From the human T2T-CHM13v2.0 reference genome, Homo sapiens: a stretch of 64,000 nt of DNA. Made by a program: the position numbers and the translations under genes. Under the pieces are notes generated by a model that did no database searches, was not told the origin of the DNA, and saw only the letters and a program-made list of their open reading frames with translations. The stretch lies in assembly GCF_009914755.1 (NCBI RefSeq), contig NC_060930.1. The stretch is one strand, 5' to 3'. Position 1 is the stretch's first letter. The number at the start of each line of letters is the position of its first letter. Below, in pieces: positions 27,352 to 40,745 of this stretch.

Positions 27352-27665
27352 GATTTGATCTCTTAAAAGACATTTTTTAATGTTAGAATCATTTGCCTTC
27401 TAGAAAGCCTATGAGAAAGGGTATTATTTCAAACCCACCAAATTTTGGCCCATTTCAATTTAATAATTCTTTCTTTGGCTGTTTTGCAGCCTTCACTGGT
27501 GATACCTCCAGGTGTGGGAGGATCTGAAGTGACTAGGGTCTGGAGTAGATCCCCAGCAAACTTTGTTTGGCTTATCTCTTTCCTTTCACATTTAATCACA
27601 GGCCACAAGAAAAAGTCAGATGGCAATTTTAATATTTTGCCTGGATCTTCTTCCTCAGGTATCTG
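27352..27665 (-). mobile_element. MLT1 internal region (right part)
   Basis: Continues the sequence broken at 18137; carries the 86-bp templated insertion. Confidence 0.6.
27477..27562 (+). repeat. Perfect 86-bp inverted copy of 26253-26338 (L1 5'UTR)
   Basis: Exact reverse complement, checked base by base; the ORF track shows the same peptide (LQPSLVIPPGVGGSEVTRVWSRSPAN) on opposite strands. Confidence 0.98.
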
Positions 27666-28009
27666 ACATTTAATGCTGATTGTCTACTGGAACTTTAGTG
27701 GAAGCTATTGGCTAGAACACCTACATGTGGTGTCTCCATGTGGCCTGGGCTTCCTCACAGCATGACAGGTGGATTCTAAGAGCAGGAGTCCCAAGAGAGA
27801 CACCAGGTGCAAGATGCATCGCCTTTTAAAATCTGTTTTAGAAGTCACCTGACATTTCTTCCTCTGTAGTCACAAGCCCACCCAGAATCAAGGAGCAGGA
27901 ACACAGAAGTCACTTCTTATTGAGAAAAGTGGCAATTCAACATTGTGAGAAAAACATGCAGGATGGGTGATCTTGTTGCAGCCATCTTGGAAAATCCAGT
28001 CTGGCCATA
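27666..28009 (-). mobile_element. MLT1 (MLT1H-like) 5' LTR, partial
   Basis: 'acacctacatgtggtgtctccatgtggcctgggcttcctcacagcatg...gccatcttggaaaatccagtctggccata', homologous to 16440-16763. Confidence 0.75.
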
Positions 28010-29199
28010 ATAATTCTTGAGCTGAAATTACCAAATCACTCTAAGAAGCTCGTGTTTATCTATAATCATATAGCAGTTTGTCAGTGGAATCCAAAATAAA
28101 ATTCATATTTTTCCTGTTTTCAATCTATAAGACCAAGCTCTAGGCTAAAGAGCTTATGCCCAAATATCAGAATTAACAAAGAGACGTATGAAACTGAAGA
28201 AATTTATTTTTCTTATTGTGTTTTATGGTCTGAAAGACACATCACAGTGGATAAATCCAGTGAAACCTTACCATGTAGTTAACTTGATAAGACAGGCGGG
28301 ATAGAAGCTTGCTTAATACAATCGGATTCTCTATACCTTCCCCAAATCACCCATGATGAACTCAACCTGTATCAGAGAAAGCACTCCAATCTCTTGCATT
28401 TAAATACTGATGCAAGTCCTTGAAGTGGAAATGTGGCTCACAGTATCACAGTCAATATGTGTGCTTTAAGTGTTCATAATTTTCAAGTGTGAAAATTTTA
28501 TTTATTTGAAGCCTAGTCCAGAAGAACTAGTTATAAGAGAGAAAACCACTGTTGCAGGTACCTGTTCTGTGAATTACCAGACACTCAGACACATCTACAG
28601 GCCCACAGGGCTCCGTAGGCACCAGGCTGGGGGAGGCTTGAAGTCTCCAATGTCTTCAGGTTCAATTCTTACTAAGCCGCTGGCATCGTTACTGAAATAA
28701 CTTCTCCCACTTCCAAGCAAGCAAACCTTAGTGTTTCAAAAAGGTTTCATTCATTTTGAAGCCTCCCTGGGGCACATGTGCTGATGAAAACCCCTTGGAA
28801 TCTTACACTTGTGGCCTGAACCAAGAAAAGAGTCTAGTTGGGCAGAGAAGGGAATATTCAGTATTCTACATTAATTCTCCCAAATACAACAACCATCATT
28901 CTTTTTTAATTGAACTAGTTCTTTCATGTCCAGTATCATTCCATTTCTATCAATACCTCTTAAAAAAGAGAACTTGTTTGAACTAAGTTCCAATGTTAAA
29001 ATTATCTTTATTGAATTCCTACCTTTCTTCCATCTTGATTGTGCTCCAGGCACTTAAATCTGCATTCCAGCCCCTAACCCCACCCAAGCTTCAGTGGGCA
29101 TACATGACAGATAGACCTTGCCCCGAGAGAATGTATAATCTAAAGAGGGAAGTAGGTGTAAGGAGGAACGGGGAAGATGTAAGACACATACATGACCAT

Positions 29200-29460
29200 T
29201 AAGAGAGCATTGGACACAAAGTCAGAAGAACTCTGTTTTAGCCACTGTTTAGGTCTGCCATTAAGTAGTACGTAACTTAAGGCAAATCCCTACATCCCCT
29301 TTACCCTAAGTTGCTCCATAATTAATAAATACTAATTATTAACACAGTGATAATATCTTCCTCATAGATATTTTTGTTAAAAATACCTGAATTGGCTCAC
29401 GTAAAATGCTTAACACAGTTCCTGATACACAAAATGCCCTCAGTAAATGTTAATTTCATC
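29200..29460 (+). mobile_element. MIR
   Basis: 'gtaacttaaggcaaatc...gtaaaatgcttaacacagttcctgatacacaaaatgccctcagtaaatgtt'. Confidence 0.75.
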
Positions 29461-29599
29461 ACGGTGTAGTAGTAGTGGTGATAGGAGTACTTGGAAGTAC
29501 TTTGTAAATTGTGAAGTCATATCAACATAAATATTTCCATTCGTAAAAGGCAGAATATGTAACATCCTATTGAAACCTATCATTCTCTGCTCACCTTCC

Positions 29600-29849
29600 A
29601 GCTCTCCCAAATACTACCTTGTCATTACTGACATTTTAGACTGGATAATTGGGATAGTCCTTTCTGGCAGCAGGCCATCCTGCACCTTGCAGGATGTGTA
29701 GCAGCATCCGTGGTCTCTGCCTACTTGATGCAATTAGCATCACGTCCTCAGTCATGACAATCCAAAATGTCTCCAGATATTGCCAAATGTCCCCTGGGGG
29801 AAAAGTCCCCTCACCTCCCAGTTTCCCCATTCGCATTTGGAAATCACTG
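29600..29849. mobile_element. MER20 (hAT-Charlie non-autonomous DNA transposon)
   Basis: 'actgacattttagactggataatt...aaaatgtctccagatattgccaaatgtcccctggggg...aaatcactg'. Confidence 0.85.
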
Positions 29850-29887
29850 AACTAAACTGAATAGTACGTGGGCTGAACTTCATTATT

Positions 29888-30278
29888 ATTATGGACTGAA
29901 TGTCTGCATCCTTGTCCCATGCCCAGCAAAATTTATATGTTCAAATTCTAACCCCCATGTGATGGTATTAGAGACCTTCTGGAAACAACGAGGTCATGAG
30001 GGTGATGCCCTTATAAACAGCACTAATCCTCTTCATAAGAGCACCAGCCTCATGACCTAGTTATTTCCAGAAGGTCCCTCTCTCTCTCTTTGCTCTCCAC
30101 CATGTGGGGATACAACCAGCTGTGTGCAAACCAGGAAGCATAGCGAGCCTTCATCCAACACAGATCTGTTGGCACCTTGATCTTGGACTTCCCAGTCTCC
30201 AGAACTGTGAGAAGTAAATGCCTGTTGTTTAAGCCATCCAGTCTATGATAATTTGTTATAGCAGCCTGAGATAAGACA
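29888..30278 (+). mobile_element. MaLR LTR MLT1A-type with internal fold-back duplication
   Basis: 'ttatggactgaatgt...ggcaccttgatcttggacttcccagtctccagaactgtgagaagtaaatg...aagaca'. Confidence 0.87.
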
Positions 30279-31529
30279 ATTACTTTACAGAATACAGTTT
30301 TGAATCAAAGAAATGTTTACCTAATGAAGTTAGAAAGTAATGTATCAATTGTGAAAGATTCTTTTTCTCCCTGGGTGAGTCCTCTGTCCCTTAAGCTCAC
30401 CCTGACTGGAATACAATCATCTAAGGCTTTGTCTTAGGACTGGGTTAGATGATCATTAAAACGTCAGAGCAGGAAATGTAATATTACGGTTGTGTTACAC
30501 GAGTGTCCCTGAAATTCAGAGCTACATGTTTATCAAGATGTATTCCCCTGTCACCATGGCCACCTTGTGTTGCTTTGGACTGCAAAGAAAAGACAAGGAA
30601 TGATTGAATGGGTTTTTTTTTCTGTTCATGTATTGTACCTGAGTTCTGTCTTAGTCTGCTTCCTAAATAGAATAATCAATGCCATTATCTCTTCCTCCCT
30701 TATCTAAATCACATCAGGACTCTACAGTAGATCGATAGTTACAACAAAGAAGGCCGGAGCTTTCATTCCAGGGGGACTCATTACTCTGCCGCCCAGTATC
30801 TGGATATAGATTCCACATAAGGTTATCTACGCTTCCATAGGAGTTAACAACAGCTGTCAGTTATTAATCCTGTGCCATGACCCGGCCTTACACTGCTACG
30901 TGCGTGCAGAGAACACGTCCAGAACAAAATAAGCCTGCTTCCTTCTTTCCCTCTTCTTTTGGCTTCCTTTTCCTCTTCGTATTATTAAAAAATTGTCTTG
31001 TCTAGCAATCTAAAAGGTTTGGGACTTCACTGAGATTCTTAGCAAGTACAGGTTGCATTTAAGCAGACTCACATCTGCTGCAATATTACAAAGACTCATT
31101 AAAATAAATTTAGATCTTAAATTAGTCCTTTCAGTAACATTTATTGCCTAAGCTGCTGGGGTGATAAAGTATATAATTCAGTTAAGTTGAAGAGAAAAGT
31201 GATATTTGGATTATGTTTCCTGACCAGCCCCCAAAAGAAGGGTAAGATAAGAGAATAATTATAATCTCAGTGGCTAGTTTTCCCAGTGGCAATTATTTCC
31301 CCCTAATGATTCTTCTTAGCCAGGGAGCCCTCTTATTTGGCTGCCAGGAGGAACTAGCATATCTGCGGTGTGAGCTAAACAATGCTGTGGTCAGATCAGA
31401 GGGCAAACCTCTCAGTAGACAGGCTGGTCACTACTTCCTCCAAATCCTCTCACCACCCCAAGATTCTGCAATGGCCACTGTTCAGGCCAGAGCCCTCACA
31501 GACGGATATGTTGTTAGAAAAGGCCTGAA

Positions 31530-32226
<697 letters not shown>

Positions 32227-33055
32227 TCATATGGATTTTTTTAACCAATTGCCAAAGTGACATTTTAGTAATTTAACTCTACAGCTGGAATTCAGTACTG
32301 CTCTGGCCGACTCTATGTATCCCATTGCGTGAAAGTGAGTTTCCCATAGACTTCAAAGAACTAATCTTTGCTTTATCAAGTAAGATTCATTTTCGAGTTC
32401 AAGCAACCGTTACTGGGAGTTTGCAGAGTGCTCAAATTCTGGCCTATGTATATTTATTGCTCTTTGGGGGGATGGTTTTAAAGAAAAATATAGCAAAGAA
32501 CAGAAGTGCCATGGTATTTTTATAATTCCATACAACTATCCACATAGTTTCTTTTTAATACTTACCAGCCAAATGTCCTTGACATGCTGTGAAATACCCT
32601 GGAACAGGCGGCCAGAAAGCAGGTCCATTCGATCTATTATGAGTTGGGCTGTGTTGCTGTTACCGTTGCCACTGGAGCCCAGGGTCTATCATGATATGGC
32701 CCTCTCTGGCACCTCAGGAAGACATGGAGCAGTGAAGCTTGAGCCAGGTGCGGTTCCCAAATGTACAGTGATCAGAGCAGTTGGTAGATCTACCATCACA
32801 AGCATGCCTTGGAAATGGGACCAGAAAGCTCTAGATCTCTGGAACTTTAAACTGTTTGAGTCCCTTGAATAGACAGACACCTTCGTCTCCAGGGCTCTGG
32901 CTGATAACTGGGCAAACTTGGCTAACTGGAATTCAGGCCATTCAGAAATGTATTAGGTTGTAAGATTTCCTCTGAAAATGTTGCCTCTTATGAATTATAC
33001 ATATTTTTAAATTCCCTCCATTCCCTCTTATAGTATTGTTTAAATTAAATTTTTT

Positions 33056-34752
33056 TCTGTTTTCCTTTTTTGTTTTAATTTTACTTGAAGTTCTGGGATA
33101 CATGTGCAGAACTTGCAGGTTTGTTACATGGGTATACATGTACCATGGTGGTTTGCTATACCTATCGACCCATCATCTAGGTTTTAAGCCCCACATGCAT
33201 TAGCTATTTGTCCTAATGCTCTCCCTCCCCTCATCCCCACATCCCCTGACAGGCTCCAGTGTGTGATGTTGGGGACACTTATTTTTCAACTCCCGCTTAT
33301 GAGTGAGAGTTGTTCTTATTTTTCAACTCCCACTTATGAGTGAGAACATGTGGTGTTTAGTTTTCTGTTCCTGTGTTAGTTTGCTGAGGATGATGGCTTC
33401 CAGCTGCATCCATGTCCCTGAAAAGGACATGATCTCATTCCTTTTTATGTCTGCATAGCATTCCATGGATCTCATTCCTTTTTATGGCTGCATAGTATTC
33501 CATGGTGTATTATGTACCACATTTTCTTTATCCAGGCTATCATTGATGGGCATTTGGGTTGGTTCCATGTCTTTGCTATTGTAAATAGTGATGCAATAAA
33601 CATATGTATGCATGTGTCTTTATAATAGAATGATTTATATTCCTTTGGATTTATACCCAGTAATGGAATTGCTGGGTCAAATGGTATTTCTGGTTCCAGA
33701 TCCTTAAGAATCACCACACTGTCCTCCACATTTGTTGATCTAATTTACATTCCCACAAACAGTGTAAAAGTGTTCCTATTTCTCCACAGCCTCACCAGCA
33801 TCTACTGTTTCTTGAGTTTTTAATAATCACCATTCTGACTGGTGTGAAATGGCATCTTATGGTGGCTTTGATTTGCATTTCTGTAATGATAAGTGATGTT
33901 GAAGTGTTTTTCATACGTTTGTTGGCCACATAAAGGTCTTCTCTTGAGAAGTGACTGTTTATATCCTTTGCCCACTTTTTGATGGGGTTGTTGGTTTTTT
34001 TCTTGTAAATTTGTTTAAGTTCCTTGTAGACTCTGGATATTAGCCCTTTGTCAGATGGATAGATTGCAGAAATTTTCTCCCATCCTGTAGGTTGCCTGTT
34101 CACTCTGATGATAGTTTCTTTTGCTGTGCAGAAGCTCTTTAGTTTAATTAGATCCCATTTGTCAATTTTTGCTTTTGTTGCAATTTCTTTTGGTGTTTTA
34201 GTCATGAAGTCTTTGTCCATGCCTATGTCCTGAATGGTATTGCTTAGGTTTTCTCCTAGGGTTTTTATGTTTTGGAGTTTTACATTTAAGTCTTTAATCC
34301 ATCTTAAGTTAGTGTTTGTGTAAGGTATAAGGAAGGGGTCTAGTTTCAGTTTTCTGCATATGGCTAGCCAGTTTTTCCAGCACCATTTATTAAATAGGGC
34401 ATCCTTTCCCCATTGCTTGTTTTTGTCAGGTTGTTGAAGATGAGATGGTTGTAGATGTGTGGTGTAATTTCTGAGGTCTCTTTTCTGTTCCATTGGTCTA
34501 TATGTCTGTTTTGGTAGCAATACCATGCTGTTTTGGTTACTGTAGCCTTGTAGTATAGTTTGAAGTCAGGTAGCCTGACTTCAGTAATGCCTCCAGCTTT
34601 GTTCTTTTTGCTTAGGATTGTCTTGACTATATTGACTCTTTTTTGGCTCCATATGAAGTTTAAAGTAGTTTTTTCTAATTCTGTGAAGAATGTAAATGAT
34701 AGTTCGATGAGAATAGCATTGAATCTATACATTACTTTGGGCCGTATAGCCA
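33056..34752 (-). mobile_element. 5'-truncated L1PA (about L1PA7/8), ORF2 C-terminus and 3'UTR
   Basis: ORF2 peptides ([41 protein letters not shown]); 18-bp TSD GTTTAAATTAAATTTTTT at 33038-33055 and 34753-34770. Confidence 0.96.
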
Positions 34753-35274
34753 GTTTAAATTAAATTTTTTAAAGTTATATTTTTTAACAGTTCCTTCTAA
34801 ACAGCATTGCACACGTGTGTATTAACTTAATATGTCATTATATTTCCCTTGAAAATGATTAGCATTATACTTATTTATTCCATTTATCCTTGGCCTTAAT
34901 TATTCAACAGCAATTCTTGCTATACATTCTTAATGTTTCTCTCCATTCCTTTGGTGTTTCTACTCTACCTCTTTAAAGTTGGAAGATAGAACTTTCTGCT
35001 ATAATGTTTTCCTTTGTGATTCAACTCAGCCTTCTTCCCATCCCCCGAGAAACAAAGGAAGTAACAAGAGTAGACTTCCCATGTGTCTTCTTACCTATTT
35101 CTTGGAATGCCTCCATTAGTAACACCTCTGGCTTCTCTCCACTAGCTGCCCCACCCAAGGGATCATGACATGAATGCACTGCCACACTCACTTTTAGTCT
35201 TTGCAGATATAAGATATTTTCATTAGGCATTTTCCACACATTTCTCTGAGGCCTTTTCTAATTAATCACCTGCC

Positions 35275-35552
<278 letters not shown>

Positions 35553-37012
35553 GATGCTACCTGCCTTCCTATGGTGAGAAAGTAGATTAATGGGGAAAGG
35601 CTTGCTTTTCTGGGTATTTATTTGATTCCTGTGTTAGCATTTTATTTCAAGAATGATTTATATCCATTTCTAATTTCTCCTGTAGTTTTCTGCTTAGAAC
35701 TTATTCTTCCTAAGCTGCAATTAGAGGAAATAGTGTGAGCATATATGTATGTATAAATGCACACACTCACACACATTAAACCGAAAGCATTCAGAAGCAT
35801 TTTGGGATAAGAATATGGTCGCTGATGCTCTGCTCTATCTTGCTTTAGGATAACAACCACTAAGGGAAGTGCTGGCAACTCCCTCATGACCCTTTTGGAA
35901 GTCTTAATTAGAGTTAATTTTAAAAAACAGACCTTGTCAACATTATTTGTTTAGAAAATGTCCAAAAAGCTGAAAGACTGAGAAATATTTTAATTTCAGT
36001 AAAACCACTGGCCTGAATTGACCACAAAGACATCCTCCCTCCATAAAGTATTTCCCAACCCTAAGATCTTGCAGGTCTCTGGGGGTAGAGTTTGGCGTGA
36101 AGGGGTTCCTTTTTTCATTCCTATTTTTTGTAAATATTTTTGGTTATAGGATTCCAGTGTTAGATAGTGACTGACCAATGCCTGTGTGCATTTTCACCAG
36201 ACCCCTCCAATTGGAGGCTGTTTAATAAATTGGGACTGTGTGCTGCCTGCAGCTTTTTACTTTTGCTCCCCGATTGTCTCCCATTAATCCCCTTGCTCTC
36301 TGGTGTTGAAACCTTTCAACTTTGGGAATTCACCAATTCTGGTTCAATTTGTGGACCTTCTGAGCTTCCTCGAGCCCTTTAGGAAGTTTCCTTGTGCTAA
36401 TAACCATCTGTCACTGCCCATGTTTCATGGATGCAGCTGTTACTGCTAGAGACCAAGTCAGGGCCGTAAGCAAACGCTTGTAACTTTAAATCAAAGGGTG
36501 ATCATTAAGTCACACCACCCGCCACCAGCATCTTGTCGTATAACACTGCAAAGTTACATTAGGTGTAGCACTTTAACCTTTGCCATATTGAAGAAGTAAT
36601 AGTATCAGAATTTAGCTTCCATCCCTCAAGGGCCCATAAACACACTGTGTGGAAGCCAGGTGATAGATCACAGGCTTGTAATATGTACAGTTCTCCTGGT
36701 TTCTGTACCTCTATTACTTTTAAAACAAGACAACTGGTAAATTACACCACATCATGGACAATCCACTTCTGCAATGCATCTCTTCAGGTTCGTCTGACAG
36801 TGTTTGGCATTCAAAGGAAGGATAGCTGCCAGCATACTTGTCTGGCCCTGCTCAGCACTGCCTGAGATATTGACCTTCTTCCCCAACATGGCCTGTGGGC
36901 TGGAGGTGTGTTCTGAGTTCTCAGGAAGTATTGAGTGCCATTCAACTGCTTCACCGTGTCAGAGTTCCCCTTTTCAAGGTTTATGAAAGGGAAAGAGAAA
37001 AAACAAACATAA

Positions 37013-37299
<287 letters not shown>

Positions 37300-37529
37300 T
37301 TTGCATACAATGTTTTTAGGAAAATTTAAATAATTCAAGTCATTTTAATTAGAGAGATTGGGACAATGAGGGTTGGGAGAACACATTAACTGCAGAAAGA
37401 TCCTATGTTCAATCCTACTGTAAGTCATCATAGCCCCAGGGCAAATATCTCATGAGATTTCAGAAACATAAGCAAAAAAGTCTGTTATAAATATCAAAAT
37501 CTGTTATAAATATCAACACATACTATGCA

Positions 37530-37716
37530 TTTCTCCCTCCCTCCCTTATTTTTCTTTCCTTTCCCTCCCTCCCTGCCTCCCTGCCTGCCTGCCTGCCTGC
37601 CTCCCTCCCTCCCTCCCTCCCTCCCTCACTCCTTCCTTCCTCCCTCCCTCCCTCCCTCCCTCCCTCCCTTCCTTCCTTCCTTCCTTCCTTTCTTCCCTTC
37701 AGTTTCTCTTCCTTCT
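37530..37716. repeat. Compound polypyrimidine microsatellite (CCTG)n/(CCCT)n/(CCTT)n
   Basis: Direct reading. Confidence 0.95.
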
Positions 37717-37789
37717 AATGCCCCCTGTCCTTAAAAATGTCTCCATTCAGGCACTATGCAATTTGTTAACTCCACTTCTCAAAGATAAA

Positions 37790-38100
37790 TTTCTGGTCAG
37801 AGTGTTCTATTCTTGCTGTTTTCATTTTCCCACCTCCTATTTACTCTTGAATCCACAGGAATCTAGGTTCTACTCCCAACAATTTGCAAAAGCTTCTTTT
37901 TCTAAAATCACAAATGGTACTGCTCCTAATTAGGAAATCCAGTAGACAGTTTTGAGTTCTTATCTTATTGTTCTCTTACACATTGTTTGAACTTCTGAAT
38001 TATTTCCTCCATTGTAGACCTCTCTGTTTCTTCAGAGTTCAAAGCTTCACATTCTCCTTACAGCTCACTACCCACTCTCCTTCTGTTTCCTACATGGCCT
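37790..38100 (+). mobile_element. L2 fragment
   Basis: 'cctcctatttactcttgaatccacaggaatctaggttctactccc...aaatccagtagacagttttgagttcttatctta'. Confidence 0.6.
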
Positions 38101-38314
38101 CTGCCTGTGTCAAAAATGTGAAAGAATAGAGCTGTGCTACTTCCATAGAAACATGAGGGAGTATATTCATAAATTCTGCAAGACATGTACGCATACAAAA
38201 TTAAACAACAACAAGAGGAATGTGCTCAAGAGAACACATGACAGGAACTGTGGTTCAGAAGAAGAGCAGATGGAGAGTGTGGGTAAGAGTCGTTCTGTAA
38301 GCATCATGTTGATA

Positions 38315-38500
38315 TAGGATGAGTGTGGCATTGGGGCTGCAAATGCCACTGCAGTGGGATCCCAGCACTGACAGCCATAGGGCCTTGGGCAAGTTACTTC
38401 GGCACAATGAACACTCTATGGGAATAGTAATAGTTATGTCCTGGGACTGTTGAGAAAATTAAACAAAATCCTTAAGCCATTATTTGCAGTAGTACCTAGT
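38315..38500 (+). mobile_element. MIR
   Basis: 'ggccttgggcaagttactt...atgggaatagtaatag...ctgttgagaaaattaaa'. Confidence 0.7.
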
Positions 38501-40519
38501 ATGTGCTTCATGAATATATGCTCATTTTCATAAAGAAAGGGAGTCTTGAGAACACTTTTTTCTCCTCTCTCCTGCATCCAAGCCTGAAGAGGCAGAAGGA
38601 ACTCCAGGAGTTGAATGGAAGAGCACAGAAGGGAAACAGTGAGCATCGTTACTACTGCACCCTCATCCCAGCTATGATCTGCTAATCCTCAGATAGCCTG
38701 AGACGGGGTACGGAAAGTGTTAGATGACCAGCAGGTTAGACAAGACCTTTGACCAATGTCAGAAAGGTGCCTGGAAAAGGTGTGGGACCTGGCTGAGATT
38801 TCATCTGGGTACAGAGAATAATTTAAAAAGCTTGCTGGAAGGCAGTGGTATGATGAAACCATGCAATTCTTGTTTAATTTTGCCTATATCAGGTCTGTCT
38901 TGTTCAATAAATGAGTTATATGTACTTACAAATCATTAACAGGTAGTACTATCAAACCATACTTAAAATATTTCTGAGTTTTCAATTATTTCCTTTTCTA
39001 GATAAAGAAATAGCGACAGAGGCACCCCAGTGGATGTCCCTGCACACCTCCACTTCGGGGACTATTCTAAGAGCAGGAGCCCAATGGGGGCTGCAAATGC
39101 CACTGGAGGGCAGGTGATCCATGACCAGTGAAGACAGAAAAAGAGGAGAATGTGGTAGTGATGGAGGTTGATATTGCTGTGGTAGAACATGTGGAAGGAA
39201 AATGAAGATAGGCAAAAATTGAGGCTCTTCAGATTCATTCCATGTAGGGGAAGAGGGGGCAAAAGTAAGAGCATTGTTCAAGAACAACCAGGTAGAAACA
39301 AAAGGAACAGAGAATGTGTTGACCTCCAAGGGAAGAAAGGAAAGCAAAGACATTTGTGTTACAGTCCAAAGAGGACAGTCCAGAGTAACAAGGATGGAGT
39401 ATTTGAGTATCCCCAAGAGGCTTACAAAAAGGAACTTTACTTATAGATAAGCAATGATAGGGTAAAATTGAAAAGAACTAAAGAGAAAGAAACTAAGACA
39501 GTTGACACCCTGGAGAAAAAGTTTATGAGCCCCTACTACAGTCATGCATTCTCAAAATAACTGCTAAACAAATTAGCCATCTCAGTAAAGAAAGACTGGG
39601 TAAGAATTTAAGAATCTCTCCATCCTGGGTTGGCAAGTGATGGGCAGAATAATTGACCAGACATCCTCCAGCTCAGTTCCTGGGATGCAGAGATGCTGGT
39701 GGAAGCACTTTGTAGCACAGCAAGGTGAGAGTTTGAAGGGGCTTCACTTTCTGAAAAATCTCTCTTCATAATCCTGTTTTTCCATTTCAGAAAGAATTTA
39801 AATCAAAAACCTTAATGTTCTTGTCATCTCTGAACACATGCTGAATGCAGGGGAAACACCCTGAAGTAGGAATTTCTGATCTCCCTCTTCCTTTGTTGTC
39901 ATTCAAGAATACCAACTCAGCTTTTACAATTTGATGTCCTTCTAACTTGAGGAAACCATGCCATTACGAACACTCCCCTTGCCTTAGAAGAAGATATGTG
40001 AGTTGGGTCTTAGGGAGACTAAGGAAAGAAAACTCTCCTTACTGGGGACAAACAGTATCCTAGAACACTGGATTCTCTATCAGTAGCTTCTGACCCCAGG
40101 GGTGTCACACAGAGCTTTGGACTTAGGAAAAGTCACATAGCATCTTTGAGCATGGAGTCCCAATTGGTAATTATGATGTATGTTGCTGCCTGATGGTTCA
40201 GGATATTTCCTTGAAAGACTTCTTTCCATAGCGCTCTGATTATGCTGTTTGGGATTAACAGAATAGGCATAGCGGTTTAGATAGGAAATTTTAAGAATGA
40301 CAAATTAAAGAATCCTGGAAAATACACTGTACATTCTGCCAAGGTTTGTCAATATGGATGCTGGTATAGTAATGAGAATAAATCGGTAAATTCTTTTCAT
40401 AAAATGAAGGAAAGAAATTACTATGTGCTCTTTAAAATGTGTTGCATCAGTGCCTGATTTGATTGTAAGGGTCACATCTTCAAGACATGTGATACCACCC
40501 TTTATACCACATTATAGCA

Positions 40520-40745
40520 TTGTCTAATGTTGTAAAGTTTATAAATTGCTTTCACTCAGTCTTCATCTGATTCTCAGAATGACCCTATCCAATTGGGAAT
40601 ATGGGTTTCATTAGTCTTACATTACTAAGGAGATTCAGAGAGTCTCAATTGGCCAACATCATGCAGTTAAAAATGACAAATGGGGATTTTGAACCCAAGT
40701 CTTCCTGACCCCAGAACCCGTGATCTTTGTACTACATCATGCTTC
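40520..40745 (-). mobile_element. MIR
   Basis: 'catctgattctcagaatgaccct...ggattttgaacccaagtcttcctgaccccaga'. Confidence 0.7.

Noticed and set aside
33792-34526. Longest ORF (244 aa) as a gene
   Set aside because: Frameshifted L1 ORF2 remnant in a 5'-truncated element
38982-39446. Overlapping 85-144-aa ORFs as a processed pseudogene
   Set aside because: Composition-biased purine-rich sequence with no poly(A)/TSD and no recognisable protein
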